From Candidatus Multivoradales bacterium (GTDB lineage Bacteria; Acidobacteriota; Thermoanaerobaculia; Multivoradales; JAHEKO01), in the NCBI GenBank assembly GCA_965223155.1, contig CBDCVR010000015.1, positions 992,001-1,056,000 of the forward strand: a stretch of 64,000 bases of DNA, in the 5' to 3' direction. The notes beneath the pieces are model-generated. The model was not told the DNA's origin and searched no databases. It worked only from the letters and a program-made list of their open reading frames with translations. Below, piece after piece: positions 30,517 through 39,909 of the stretch; position 1 is the first letter of the stretch; each line of letters opens with the position of its first letter. The position numbers were made by a program, and so were the translations under genes.

Positions 30517-31269
30517 ATGTCCGGCACGCTACTCATCATGACCCGGGGCGCGGCCGCCGAGGTCCGGCGGCGGCGGCTCCTGCCGCGAGCGGCCGGCAAC
30601 GAGCGCGTGCTCCACGCGCTGGGATTCGAGAGCGCCATGGCGGCCGGAGTCCAGGCGGGTTGCCGGATCGTCATCTCCTCTCCGGAGCCCCTGGATCCAG
30701 CGCTGACCGGCGGCGCCGTCACCCTCCGGCAGCGCGGCCGTACGTTCGGAGAGCGCTTCGCCGACGCCTTGGCCCGCGTCTTCGCCCGCTTCTCCGGGCC
30801 CGTGGTCGTGGTCGGCACCGACACGCCCGATCTCGACGCCGCCCACATCCGGCGCGCCTTCGCCGCGCTCGGATCCGGTCCCGGACGGAGCCGGGTCGTC
30901 TTAGGGCCATCCCGCGATGGCGGCTTCTACCTTCTCGGCGCCAGCCGGCCACTCGAAGACGTGGCCTGGGAGAGCGTGTCCTGGTGCTCTCGGGCCACCC
31001 GCCAGACGCTTCGCTCGGCGCTCGAACAAGCTGGCCGCGGCGTCGTCTTTCTCCGGCCCCTGGCCGACCTCGACCGGCCGGCCGATCTCGAACGCTGGCT
31101 GGCGGAGCCGTGCCGGTCGGCCGGAGACACACTCTACGCCCTGCGGCGCCGCCTCCGCGGCGAGCTCGCCCGGCCGCAGCCGAACCGGCCGCAGCCGGGC
31201 GCGGCGATCCCGGCGCACCTGGCGGAATCTCTGGCCGCGGCTCCCGACCGCGCGCCGCCTTCCGTCTGA
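30517..31269 (+). CDS. DUF2064 / TIGR04282-type glycosyltransferase-like protein
   Basis: QRGRTFGERF, VVVGTDTPDL, VLGPSRDGGFYLLG, LADLDRPADL. Confidence 0.82.
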   Translation: MSGTLLIMTRGAAAEVRRRRLLPRAAGNERVLHALGFESAMAAGVQAGCRIVISSPEPLDPALTGGAVTLRQRGRTFGERFADALARVFARFSGPVVVVGTDTPDLDAAHIRRAFAALGSGPGRSRVVLGPSRDGGFYLLGASRPLEDVAWESVSWCSRATRQTLRSALEQAGRGVVFLRPLADLDRPADLERWLAEPCRSAGDTLYALRRRLRGELARPQPNRPQPGAAIPAHLAESLAAAPDRAPPSV

Positions 31270-31356
31270 GCCGATCTTCGCTCCCCGTACGCGCGGCCCG
31301 GAGGCCGGCGGACGGCACGACTTGACCAGGGCAACCAGAGGAAGGAGGCGAGGCCT

Positions 31357-32517
31357 ATGACGCTCGCAGATGTGGAGAAAGCAGTCCAAGAACGATATAG
31401 CCAGGGCGCTCAGGCGCCGGTGGCCGAGCTTTGCTGTCCCGTCGACTACGACCCGAAGTACCTGGAGATCATTCCCGACGAGGTCATCGAGCGCGACTAC
31501 GGCTGCGGCGACCCCAGCCGCTACCTGCGCCCCGGCGAGACGGTCTTGGATCTGGGCAGCGGTACCGGCAAGATCTGTTTCATCGCCGCCCAGGTGGTCG
31601 GGGCCACGGGCCGGGTCATCGGCGTCGACATGACCCCCGACATGCTCGAGGTCGCCCGCCGCAACGCTCCGGTCGTCGCCGAGCGGTTGGGTTACGCCAA
31701 CGTCGAGTTCCGCCGCGGCCGGATCCAGGACCTGGCCCTGGATTGGGACTTGATGGATGAGGCGCTGGCGCTGCGGCCAGCCGCCTCCACCGAAGCGCTG
31801 CTCGAAGCCCAGGTCGCGGCTGAGAACCTGCGCCGCGAGCGGCCGCTGGTGGCCGACGGCTCGGTCGACGTGGTGGTGTCGAACTGCGTTCTCAACCTGG
31901 TCTCGAACGGGGACAAGGCCCGCCTCTTCGCCGAGATCTACCGAGTGCTGGCCGACGGTGGACGGGCGGTCATCTCGGACATCGTCGGCGACGAGCCCGT
32001 GCCCGAGCACCTGCAACACGACGCCGAGCTCTGGAGCGGCTGCATCTCCGGAGCGCTCACCGAGAGCGCTTTCCTCGAGGCATTCGAGGCGGCGGGCTTT
32101 TACGGCGTACGCATCGTCGAGCGCCAGACCGAGCCTTGGCGCACGGTCGAGGGCATCGAGTTTCGCTCGCTGACTCTGGAGGCCTTCAAAGGCAAGGAGG
32201 GGCCCTGTTTCGAGCACAACCAGGCGGTGATTTACAAGGGCCCGTTCAAGGAGGTCCTGGACGACGACGGCCACCGCATGGTCCGAGGCCGGCGCTATGC
32301 GGTCTGCGCCAAGACCTTCGCGCTGTACGGACGAGAGCCCTACGCCGAGAGCTTCGAGAGGGTCGAGCCCCGGGTGCCGATCGAACCCGGAGACGCCGCC
32401 GCGTTCGATTGCTCGCGCACCGCACTCCGCCACCCGCGAGAGACCAAGGGGCTCGACTACGACCTCACCTCCGAAGCCGCGGAGGCTTGCTGCGCGCCCG
32501 GGAGCGATTGCTGCTGA
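31357..32517 (+). CDS. arsM: Arsenite methyltransferase (ArsM/AS3MT)-like protein, extended form
   Basis: LCCP, YGCGDP, VLDLGSGTG, GVDMT, SNCVLNL, WSGCISGA; Cys-rich end CCAPGSDCC. Confidence 0.78.
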   Translation: MTLADVEKAVQERYSQGAQAPVAELCCPVDYDPKYLEIIPDEVIERDYGCGDPSRYLRPGETVLDLGSGTGKICFIAAQVVGATGRVIGVDMTPDMLEVARRNAPVVAERLGYANVEFRRGRIQDLALDWDLMDEALALRPAASTEALLEAQVAAENLRRERPLVADGSVDVVVSNCVLNLVSNGDKARLFAEIYRVLADGGRAVISDIVGDEPVPEHLQHDAELWSGCISGALTESAFLEAFEAAGFYGVRIVERQTEPWRTVEGIEFRSLTLEAFKGKEGPCFEHNQAVIYKGPFKEVLDDDGHRMVRGRRYAVCAKTFALYGREPYAESFERVEPRVPIEPGDAAAFDCSRTALRHPRETKGLDYDLTSEAAEACCAPGSDCC

Positions 32518-33491
32518 TGCCGGACGGAGCCAGCCGGCCTCCGGAGCCCCCGCCCGCACCCGAGGCGCCGTCCGGGGCTTCCCCGCAAGCGGAGTCGCCG
32601 GCTCAGACTGCTCCGCTGGCTCCACTGGCTCCGCTGGCTCCAACAGTCGAGCTCGACCACCTCGACACGCTCTGGTTCCAAGTCGGAGGAACGGTCTGCA
32701 ACCTGGCCTGCACCCACTGCTTCGTCTCGTGCTCGCCCACCAACCACACCCACGAGTTCCTCACTCTTGCGGCCATCGAGCCCTATCTGGCCGAAGCGGC
32801 CGAGCTGGGCGTGCGCGAGTTCTACTTCACCGGCGGCGAGCCGTTTCTGAACCCCGAGATGGAAGCCATCCTGGAGCGGACTCTCGCGTCCGGTCCGGCC
32901 ACGGTCCTGACCAACGGGTTGCTGCTCGATCCCAAGCGCGCCCGGCGCCTGGCCGAGCTCACCGGGCGCTCGCGCTACTCCCTCGACCTGCGCGTCTCCC
33001 TCGACGGGTACTCGGCCGCGGCCAACGATCCCATCCGGGGCGAGGGCAGCTTCGAGCGCATCCTGGCCGGTATCGGCAATCTCGTCGCCGCCGGCCTCAA
33101 CCCGGTCATCACGGTCACCGAGGTCCACGACGAGAACGGCTCGGTGGCGGGCAAGGAGCGGTTCGCGGCGCTCTTGGCCGAGCTCGGCGTCGTCAAGCCC
33201 CGGCTCAAGATCTTGCCGGTCTTCCAGATCGGCGCCGAAGCCGAGCGCAGCAGCGCCTACGCGAGCTGGCAGCGCCTGCGCGAGGGCGACGCGCCCGAGG
33301 AGGGCTGGTCGCACCTCCAGTGCTCGGGCTGCCGCACGGTGACCGACCAGGGCGTCTGGGTCTGCCCGATCCTGGTCAACGAACCCGAGGGCAAGATGGG
33401 CGAGACGCTGACCGACGCTCTGGACGGCTTCGCGCTGGCTCACCCCGCCTGCTGGACCTGTCACGTCTACGGCGTGAGCTGTCGTACCTGA
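32517..33491 (+). CDS. Radical SAM protein, ArsS-like
   Basis: TGATG coupling to arsM; CNLACTHC, FTGGEPFL, TNG, VSLDG; C-terminal Cys cluster CSGC...CPIL...CWTC...SC. Confidence 0.8.
   Translation: MPDGASRPPEPPPAPEAPSGASPQAESPAQTAPLAPLAPLAPTVELDHLDTLWFQVGGTVCNLACTHCFVSCSPTNHTHEFLTLAAIEPYLAEAAELGVREFYFTGGEPFLNPEMEAILERTLASGPATVLTNGLLLDPKRARRLAELTGRSRYSLDLRVSLDGYSAAANDPIRGEGSFERILAGIGNLVAAGLNPVITVTEVHDENGSVAGKERFAALLAELGVVKPRLKILPVFQIGAEAERSSAYASWQRLREGDAPEEGWSHLQCSGCRTVTDQGVWVCPILVNEPEGKMGETLTDALDGFALAHPACWTCHVYGVSCRT
32601..32645. repeat. 9-bp tandem repeat (GCTCCRCTG), 5 units, in the radical SAM N-terminus
   Basis: gctcagact gctccgctg gctccactg gctccgctg gctccaaca; reads AQT APL APL APL APT. 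Confidence 0.85.
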
Positions 33492-33550
33492 CCCGCCCTG
33501 ATCCGCCCTGACCCGACTAATCCGACTGACCCGCCCGATCCGCCTGAACC
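33489..33550. repeat. Intergenic 9-10-bp tandem repeat (TGAYCCGMC), ~6.5 units
   Basis: tgacccgccc tgatccgccc tgacccgac taatccgac tgacccgcc cgatccgcc tgaacc, starting at the radical SAM stop codon. Confidence 0.8.
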
Positions 33551-33570
33551 CAAGAACTCGAAAGCTCGCC

Positions 33571-34611
33571 GTGCCCGACCGCAAACCCCCAGATCTCTCA
33601 CAGAGCCCATCCGATCGCGAACGGCGGGCGCGCGCTCGAAAGGCCCAGCACGAGGCGTTCTCCGCGCACAAGGGACTTGCCACCTGGGGAGAAGACCTGG
33701 TGCCGCTCGAGCGCTTCCGCGCCGCGACCCGAGCGGCCGGCCAGACCCTCTCGGCCGAGGCCCGGCGCACCGCGCGGGCCGAGTTTCTGGCGCCGCATCC
33801 CGACCCGACGCCGGTCGAGGGTCCCTTCTCCAGGATCCTGGTCTTTGGCGGGGTCTACAGCAACCATCTCGCCCTGGCCGCGGTTCTGGAGACCGCCAAG
33901 AGCCTGGGGGCCGAGGCCGTCTACTGCCTCGGCGACTTGGGCGGCTTCGGGCCCTCGCCCGAGAAGGTCTGGCCGCTTCTCACTTCCGGCGGGGTCCGCA
34001 CGCTTCAGGGCAACTACGAGCAGTCTCTGGCGAACGGTCACGAGGACTGCAACTGCGGCTACACCGACCCGCGAGACAACCACTTCGCCGAGCTCTCCTA
34101 CCGCTACACCGAGCGCAACTCGTCGGACGCCTTCAAGAAATGGATGGGGCACCTGCCGGCCCGGCGGCGAGTCCGCCTCGGCAAGCACGAGCTTCTTCTC
34201 GTTCACGGTTCGCCCAGACGGGTCAATGAGTTCCTGTTCGACTCCACGACGCCTGACGCGTTTCTGGAGGTTGTTCTCGACCAGGAGCGCGCCGACGCGA
34301 TTCTCTGCACCCATACCGGGCTCCACTGGCAGCGCGCTTTGCCATCCGGGCGCCAGGTCGCGAACGTCGGGGTCATCGGCCGGCCCGCCAACGACGGCAA
34401 CACTTCGGTCTGGTACGCGCTCCTGGAAGCCCGCCGAAACGGCGAGCTCGCCATCCGCCTCGAGCCCCTTGCCTACAACCACGAGGCTCTCGCCGAAGAG
34501 ATGCGCCGCGAACGGCTGCCCGAGGAGTTCGTCGCCACCATCGAGACCGGCTACTGGACCACCTGTCTCGAGATCCTGCCCGCGCGCGAGCGGGCCCTCT
34601 CGAAGTTCTAG
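33571..34611 (+). CDS. Calcineurin-like metallophosphoesterase
   Basis: YCLGDLGG, QGNYE, CNCGY, LVHGSP, CTHTG; true start may lie further downstream. Confidence 0.82.
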   Translation: MPDRKPPDLSQSPSDRERRARARKAQHEAFSAHKGLATWGEDLVPLERFRAATRAAGQTLSAEARRTARAEFLAPHPDPTPVEGPFSRILVFGGVYSNHLALAAVLETAKSLGAEAVYCLGDLGGFGPSPEKVWPLLTSGGVRTLQGNYEQSLANGHEDCNCGYTDPRDNHFAELSYRYTERNSSDAFKKWMGHLPARRRVRLGKHELLLVHGSPRRVNEFLFDSTTPDAFLEVVLDQERADAILCTHTGLHWQRALPSGRQVANVGVIGRPANDGNTSVWYALLEARRNGELAIRLEPLAYNHEALAEEMRRERLPEEFVATIETGYWTTCLEILPARERALSKF

Positions 34612-34647
34612 GACGCCCACGGCCAACCGCGCGAACCAAGGAGACCC

Positions 34648-35961
34648 ATGACCAAATCGGGACACATCGCCATCCTGGGCGCCGGGCCGACCGGGCTCGA
34701 GGCGGCGCTCGCCGCCGCCGACGCCGGCTCTTCCTTTACCTTGTACGAGGCCGGGGAGGGCGTCGGCGCCAACATCCGCGACTGGGGTCATGTACGGCTC
34801 TTCTCGCCCTGGGCCTACGACGTCTCACCCCGGGCGCGGGCGGCCCTGACCCGCGCCGGGGTGCCCGTTCCCGAGGCTACCGATCCGTCCTGCCCGACCG
34901 GCGCCGAGCTCGTCGAGCGAGTGCTGGCGCCCGTCGCCGCCCTGCCGGCCATCGCCGACCGCCTCCAGACCGGAACCCGCGTCCTCGAAGTCGGGCGCCA
35001 GGGTCTGCTCAAGCACGAGGCCATCGCCTCGGCCGCGCGCGCCGAGCGGCCTTTCCGGCTGCTGGTGGAGGATACGACCGGAACCCAGCGCATCGACCGG
35101 GCCGACGTGGTCCTGGACTGCACCGGCTCCTACGACCGGCCCAACGCCCTGGGCGACGGCGGCATTGCCGCGCCGGGGGAAGACGCTCTCGGGGACCGGA
35201 TCGAGCGACGCATCCCGGATCTCGAGCGCGACACCCGGCTCCGCTGGCTCCGATCGCTCCGATCGCTCCGATCGCTCGGACGGCGCGTCCTGGTCGTCGG
35301 CGCCGGCCACTCGGCGATGACCGCGGTCGTCGCCCTGGCCGAGGCCGCGGCCGCCGCCGCGATCGAGCCGGACGCGCCCCAGTCCGAGATCCTGTGGGCG
35401 ATTCGGGGTGCCGAGCCCGCCTGGCGCATCGACCCGGACGATCCCCTGCCCGAACGCTCGGGCCTGGTCGCCAAGGCGCGAGCGCTCGCCGCGGGCGGCT
35501 CGCCCCACGTCCGCACGCGGTACGGTGTCGTCGTCGACGCCCTGGCCGATGATGGGGACGGCGTCCGGGTCACCCTGCGGGCGACTCACGCCAGCCCAGC
35601 CGCTGGCGGCAACGGATCAGACCCTTCGCCGCAAGACGAGGTCGTGGTCGATCGCATTCTGGCCCTTACCGGCAGCGTCGGCGACCACCGGATCTACCGC
35701 CAGCTCCAGGTCCACGAGTGCTACGCCACGTCGGGACCCATGAAGCTCGCCGCCGCGCTCCTGGCCGAGGCCGGAGCCGGTGGTGACGGCGCGGCCGACT
35801 GCCTGGCCCAGGAAAGCCACGGCGTCGAGACCCTGACCAATCCGGAGCCCGGCTTCTTCATCCTGGGCGCCAAGTCCTATGGCCGCAACTCGTCGTTTCT
35901 GATGCGCCTCGGCTGGCAGCAGGTTGACGAGGTCTTCGCGGCCCTCGCCACCGAGAGGTAG
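34648..35961 (+). CDS. FAD/NAD(P)-dependent oxidoreductase resembling ars-operon flavoproteins (ArsO-like)
   Basis: GAGPTG, WGHVRLFSPW, PTGAEL, VVGAGHSA, PEPGFFILGAKSYGR. Confidence 0.8.
   Translation: MTKSGHIAILGAGPTGLEAALAAADAGSSFTLYEAGEGVGANIRDWGHVRLFSPWAYDVSPRARAALTRAGVPVPEATDPSCPTGAELVERVLAPVAALPAIADRLQTGTRVLEVGRQGLLKHEAIASAARAERPFRLLVEDTTGTQRIDRADVVLDCTGSYDRPNALGDGGIAAPGEDALGDRIERRIPDLERDTRLRWLRSLRSLRSLGRRVLVVGAGHSAMTAVVALAEAAAAAAIEPDAPQSEILWAIRGAEPAWRIDPDDPLPERSGLVAKARALAAGGSPHVRTRYGVVVDALADDGDGVRVTLRATHASPAAGGNGSDPSPQDEVVVDRILALTGSVGDHRIYRQLQVHECYATSGPMKLAAALLAEAGAGGDGAADCLAQESHGVETLTNPEPGFFILGAKSYGRNSSFLMRLGWQQVDEVFAALATER
35238..35282. repeat. 9-bp tandem repeat (GCTCCGCTG/GCTCCGATC), 5 units, inside the flavoprotein
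   Basis: gctccgctg gctccgatc gctccgatc gctccgatc gctcggacg; reads LRW LRS LRS LRS LGR. Confidence 0.88.
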
Positions 35962-35979
35962 CGAGAGGCCGCAATCGGG

Positions 35980-36639
35980 CTAGGTCCGGGAATCGAGCCA
36001 GTCCGGCAGCTCGCCGACCCCGGCAAGGCAAGCTCGCGGAGCATGGCGCTCCAGGGTCGCGATCGCTGTCGCGCCGCTGCCGACGGCGACCGCGTCCACG
36101 CCCGCGTTTGTAGCCATGTCGAGGTCGTGGACCGAATCGCCCACCACCAGGGCGTCACTTGTGCGGACGCCGAGCTCGTCCAGGAGCTCGAGCACCATGT
36201 GGGGATTGGGTTTGGCCGCGGTCTCGTCCGCGGTTCGGCTGCCACTGAAGAGGTCCCGGACTCCGGTGCGTTCGAAGTCCGTCTCCAGGCCGCGGCGGCT
36301 CTTGGCCGTGGCCACGGCCAGCAGATGCTCCTGTAGCGCCAGCCGCCGCAAGGTCGCCTCCGCATCCGTGAAGAGGCTCGATTGGTGCCCGTAGCTCGAA
36401 AACCAGAGCTCCCGATAGACCGTGACGATCCGTCCAAACGTCTCTTCGTCGCAACCCGGGCAGAAGGCCTCGACGCTCTCCCGGATACCCATGCCGATCG
36501 CCGCCCGGATCGTGCCCTCATCGACCGGCCCCAGGCCGAGCTCGCGCATCGTTGCCTCGGTACAGCGCACGATCGATGCGATCGAGTCGAGCAGGGTGCC
36601 GTCCCAGTCGAAGACGATGAGGCGATAGGGCCCGGGCAT
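35980..36639 (-). CDS. HAD-IA family hydrolase (phosphoglycolate-phosphatase-like)
   Basis: FDWDGTL, VATAK, KPNP, VVGDS. Confidence 0.88.
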   Translation of the reverse strand: MPGPYRLIVFDWDGTLLDSIASIVRCTEATMRELGLGPVDEGTIRAAIGMGIRESVEAFCPGCDEETFGRIVTVYRELWFSSYGHQSSLFTDAEATLRRLALQEHLLAVATAKSRRGLETDFERTGVRDLFSGSRTADETAAKPNPHMVLELLDELGVRTSDALVVGDSVHDLDMATNAGVDAVAVGSGATAIATLERHAPRACLAGVGELPDWLDSRT

Positions 36640-37745
36640 CAGCTCAGCGGGCTCAGCACGAGATCACCGATGACCGAGGCTTCCGGGTGGGGGACGACGT
36701 CGGCCCGCACCTTGGTCACCAGCCGCTCTTCGATCACGGCGCCGGCGGGCACGCTGGCGCCGAAGCCCACAATCGACCTGCGAATCACCGAGCCCTCACC
36801 GATTCTGGCGTCGGGCAGGACGAGCGCTCGCGACAAGCGGGCGCCGCCGCCGACCTGGGCTCCGGACTCCAGCACCGAGCGTCGCACCGCCGCGTCCTCG
36901 GCGACCTCGGCGCTGTCGGAGCGCCAGCCGCGGCGGCCTCGCCGGCCGAGCCTGCGCCGACCGCTCCAGGCGATCACCGCTTCCAGATACCGCCTCGGGG
37001 TTCCCAGATCGAACCACGCGGCCGAGGTCTCGACGACGTCCAGTCGCCGGCCCGCCGTAAGCGCCGGACGGTAGAGCTCGCGCACGAAATCGGCCGGCTC
37101 CGGCTGGACCGCGGCCACCAGCTCGGGCTCGAAGACATGGGCTCCGGCAAAGACCCGCCAGTTCTCGGCCTCCGGTTCGGGACGGGCTTCGTCGGCGGCC
37201 CGGTTGAAGGACACCAGCCGGCCGGCCTTGCCGGTCTTGCCTGGCATCAGGGACTTCGAAACTCCGATACCTCCCCCAAAATCCTCGGGCCGTGCCCTGC
37301 TCGAGACCAGAAGGCTCGCCGATGGCGGCTCGATGCCGCTTGCTCGAGCCGCGGCTCCGGCCTTGCGGTGGTGGTCCAGGAGGGCTTCGAACGGCCACCG
37401 CGCCAGGCTGTCGCCGTTGACCACCAGGACCAGCTCGGCCTCCTCCAGAAACTCGCGAAGCGGCGCCATCGCTCCCAGGGTGCCCAGGATCTCGGTCTCC
37501 CGCGAGTAGACGATCGGCGTGCCCTCGTAGTCGGAGCCGTAGCGGGCCGCCAGGCGATCTCCCAGATGGTGCAAATTGATCGCCACCGCTTCGCAGCCGG
37601 CGGCGGCCAGCTGTGCCAGCGTGCGCCCCACGAGCGGTGTCCCGGCGACCGGCAAGAGCGCCTTGGGCACCGCCAGAGTGAGCGGGCGAAGCCGGGTTCC
37701 GAAGCCGGCTGCGAGGATCACCGCCCGCCAGCGCACAGCGCTCAA
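36639..37745 (-). CDS. NDP-sugar synthase / nucleotidyltransferase with hexapeptide-repeat tail
   Basis: ILAAGFGTRLRPLT, PKALLP, ILGTLGA, VNGD, WFDLGTP. Confidence 0.85.
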   Translation of the reverse strand: MSAVRWRAVILAAGFGTRLRPLTLAVPKALLPVAGTPLVGRTLAQLAAAGCEAVAINLHHLGDRLAARYGSDYEGTPIVYSRETEILGTLGAMAPLREFLEEAELVLVVNGDSLARWPFEALLDHHRKAGAAARASGIEPPSASLLVSSRARPEDFGGGIGVSKSLMPGKTGKAGRLVSFNRAADEARPEPEAENWRVFAGAHVFEPELVAAVQPEPADFVRELYRPALTAGRRLDVVETSAAWFDLGTPRRYLEAVIAWSGRRRLGRRGRRGWRSDSAEVAEDAAVRRSVLESGAQVGGGARLSRALVLPDARIGEGSVIRRSIVGFGASVPAGAVIEERLVTKVRADVVPHPEASVIGDLVLSPLS

Positions 37746-38302
37746 TCAAACACCATGTCTGCGGGACTGTCGGGATGGCTTCGGCGATGCTCCTGGTAGA
37801 GCTCGAGGTAGTTGTGCTCTTCGGCGGTCTCGAGCTCGAGCCCGAGCCGCCGGGCCACGGTTTCCCCGCCCACACCCTCGAACTCCACGAAGTTCCCGAT
37901 CGGCGTCCGGTCGAGACAGATCAGAACCGCGCCCAGCCTCCAGGTCTCGCGGTACTTCTCGTACCGCCGCGCGACCCGGAAGCCGAGCGCCTCGAACAAC
38001 TGGAGGGCACGGGCAGGGTCGTCGATGTCGAGCTCCAGCTCCTTGCGGATCTTGACTCCGGCCTCCATCCGGCTGGGCCCCTTGAAGGTCAGCTTGGCGC
38101 CGCCGCCCTCCGAGCGCACGCGGAGGAGGCAGCCCGACCGGAAGAGCTCGTCGCCTCGATCCAGAAGCCAGTTTTCCTCCTTGGCGGAAGGGCTTACGCG
38201 CTCCGCCTCGGCGTCGATCAAGCGGTCGCGCAGCGCATTGAGGTCGGCGGAGCGAAACTTGAGCTCGCGCTCGATCGAGCTGGAATCCGAATCGTCGGTC
38301 AC
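37742..38302 (-). CDS. CYTH-domain protein (class IV adenylate cyclase-like)
   Basis: IERELKF (ExExK), LRVR, LTFKGP, YEKYRETW, FVEFEG; GTGA overlap with the upstream gene. Confidence 0.85.
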   Translation of the reverse strand: MTDDSDSSSIERELKFRSADLNALRDRLIDAEAERVSPSAKEENWLLDRGDELFRSGCLLRVRSEGGGAKLTFKGPSRMEAGVKIRKELELDIDDPARALQLFEALGFRVARRYEKYRETWRLGAVLICLDRTPIGNFVEFEGVGGETVARRLGLELETAEEHNYLELYQEHRRSHPDSPADMVFD

Positions 38303-39693
38303 GGCGCGCCGTCGAGCTCGCCCGCCCTGTCCAGGATCCGAACGGTCGTGCGGATGCCGTTGTAGAAGTGGCTGATGTTGAACTTCTCGTTGGGCGAGTG
38401 CAGGCGGTCGTCGCTCAGGCCGAAGCCGACGAGCAGGATCGGAACCTCCAGAACCTCCGAGAAGGTACCCACGATCGGGATGGAGCCGCCCTCTCGGACG
38501 CGCACCGGCGGCTTGCCCCAGACGTCTTCCTGCGCCCCCATCGTAGCCTCGGCGAGTGCTCCCTTGGTATCGACCAGCACCGGATCGGCGCCGTGGTGGG
38601 CGTTGACCGTGACTCGGACTCCCGCCGGGGCGAGGGTCTCGACATGCGCCTGGAACTTGGCGGCAATGTCCTCGGCCTTCTGGTCGGGTACCAGACGCAT
38701 CGAGACCTTGGCGGCAGCCCACGCCGGCAGCACGGTCTTGGCGCCCTCACCCTGATAGCCACCCCAGATGCCGTTGACGTCGCAGGTCGGGCGGGCCCAG
38801 GCTCGCTCGAGGGTGGTGTAGCCGGCCTCCCCGAAGGTGGTCTCCACTCCCAGCTCGGTGCGGTACTCGTCTTCTGAGAACGGCAGCTCGGCGAACGCCT
38901 GCCGCTCCCAGTCCTCGAGGTCCAGGACGTCGTCGTAGAACCCGGGAATCTCGATGCGGCCGGTCTCGGAATCGACCAGGCCGGCGATGATGTGGGCGAG
39001 AGCGTTGCCCGGGTTGGCCACCGCTCCGCCGAAGGCGCCGGAGTGAAGGTCCCGGTTGGGTCCATCGACGCGGAGCTCCATGTACTGGAGGCCCTTCAAA
39101 CCGTAGAGCAACGACGGCTGCCCGGGTCCGTACATCGAGGAGTCCGAGACCACGACTGCGTCGCAGGCCAGCCGGTCGCCGGCATCCTCACGCACCCATT
39201 TCTCGATCGCCGCGCCGCCGGACTCTTCCTCGCCCTCGAGCAGAAACTTGACGTTGATCGGCAGCTCGCCGCGCTCGGCGAAGATCGCTGCTACCGCCTT
39301 GACGTGGGCGAAGGACTGCCCCTTGTCGTCGGTCGCCCCCCGGGCCACCAGACAGTCTCCCTCCACGGTGGGCTCGAAGGGCGGATTGCGCCATTCCTCG
39401 AGGGGATCAGGCGGCTGGACGTCGTAGTGTCCGTAAAAGAGCAGCGTGGGCTTGCCGGCGGCTCCGGTCCACTCGGCGTAGACCAGTGGATAGCCATCGG
39501 TTTCAAGGATCTCGGCCGCAAGGCCCGCATCGGTCAGCTTGCCGGAGATGAACTCGGCGCAGCGCGCGACGTCGGCGGCGTAGGCCGGGTCGGTCGACAC
39601 CGAAGGAATCCGAATGTAATCCTTCAGCTCTTCGAGGTATCCCTCTTGTTCGCGCTCGACTCGCGCGAAGACGTCCTGACTGTCGCTCGCCAT
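38299..39693 (-). CDS. M20 family dipeptidase
   Basis: YGHYDVQP, ARGATDDKG, EGEEESG, DLHSG, HSPNEKF. Confidence 0.92.
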   Translation of the reverse strand: MASDSQDVFARVEREQEGYLEELKDYIRIPSVSTDPAYAADVARCAEFISGKLTDAGLAAEILETDGYPLVYAEWTGAAGKPTLLFYGHYDVQPPDPLEEWRNPPFEPTVEGDCLVARGATDDKGQSFAHVKAVAAIFAERGELPINVKFLLEGEEESGGAAIEKWVREDAGDRLACDAVVVSDSSMYGPGQPSLLYGLKGLQYMELRVDGPNRDLHSGAFGGAVANPGNALAHIIAGLVDSETGRIEIPGFYDDVLDLEDWERQAFAELPFSEDEYRTELGVETTFGEAGYTTLERAWARPTCDVNGIWGGYQGEGAKTVLPAWAAAKVSMRLVPDQKAEDIAAKFQAHVETLAPAGVRVTVNAHHGADPVLVDTKGALAEATMGAQEDVWGKPPVRVREGGSIPIVGTFSEVLEVPILLVGFGLSDDRLHSPNEKFNISHFYNGIRTTVRILDRAGELDGAP

Positions 39694-39909
39694 CGTGTTC
39701 TCCAACGTTGCCCGGTTTTCCGCCGCGAAGGGTCGGTCAGTGTAGCAAAGCCGGACGCGGTCGGCGCCGCCTCTTGGGGCAGTCTCGCCTCGGCCAACTT
39801 GCGGCCAGGCCGCGGCTTCCCAAGGGGAAACTAGCGGGGTCGGCCGGGCCGCCGGAGCCAGCCGAGCCAGCCCCCGAGGCCGTGCTCTCTCGACAATGCC
39901 CCCGGCTTG

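Noticed and set aside
32509-32525. Selenocysteine readthrough at the end of the ArsM-like gene (TGC TGC TGA TGC)
   Set aside because: The TGA overlaps the ATG of the next gene (TGATG coupling), the readthrough frame is not protein-like, and I see no convincing SECIS.
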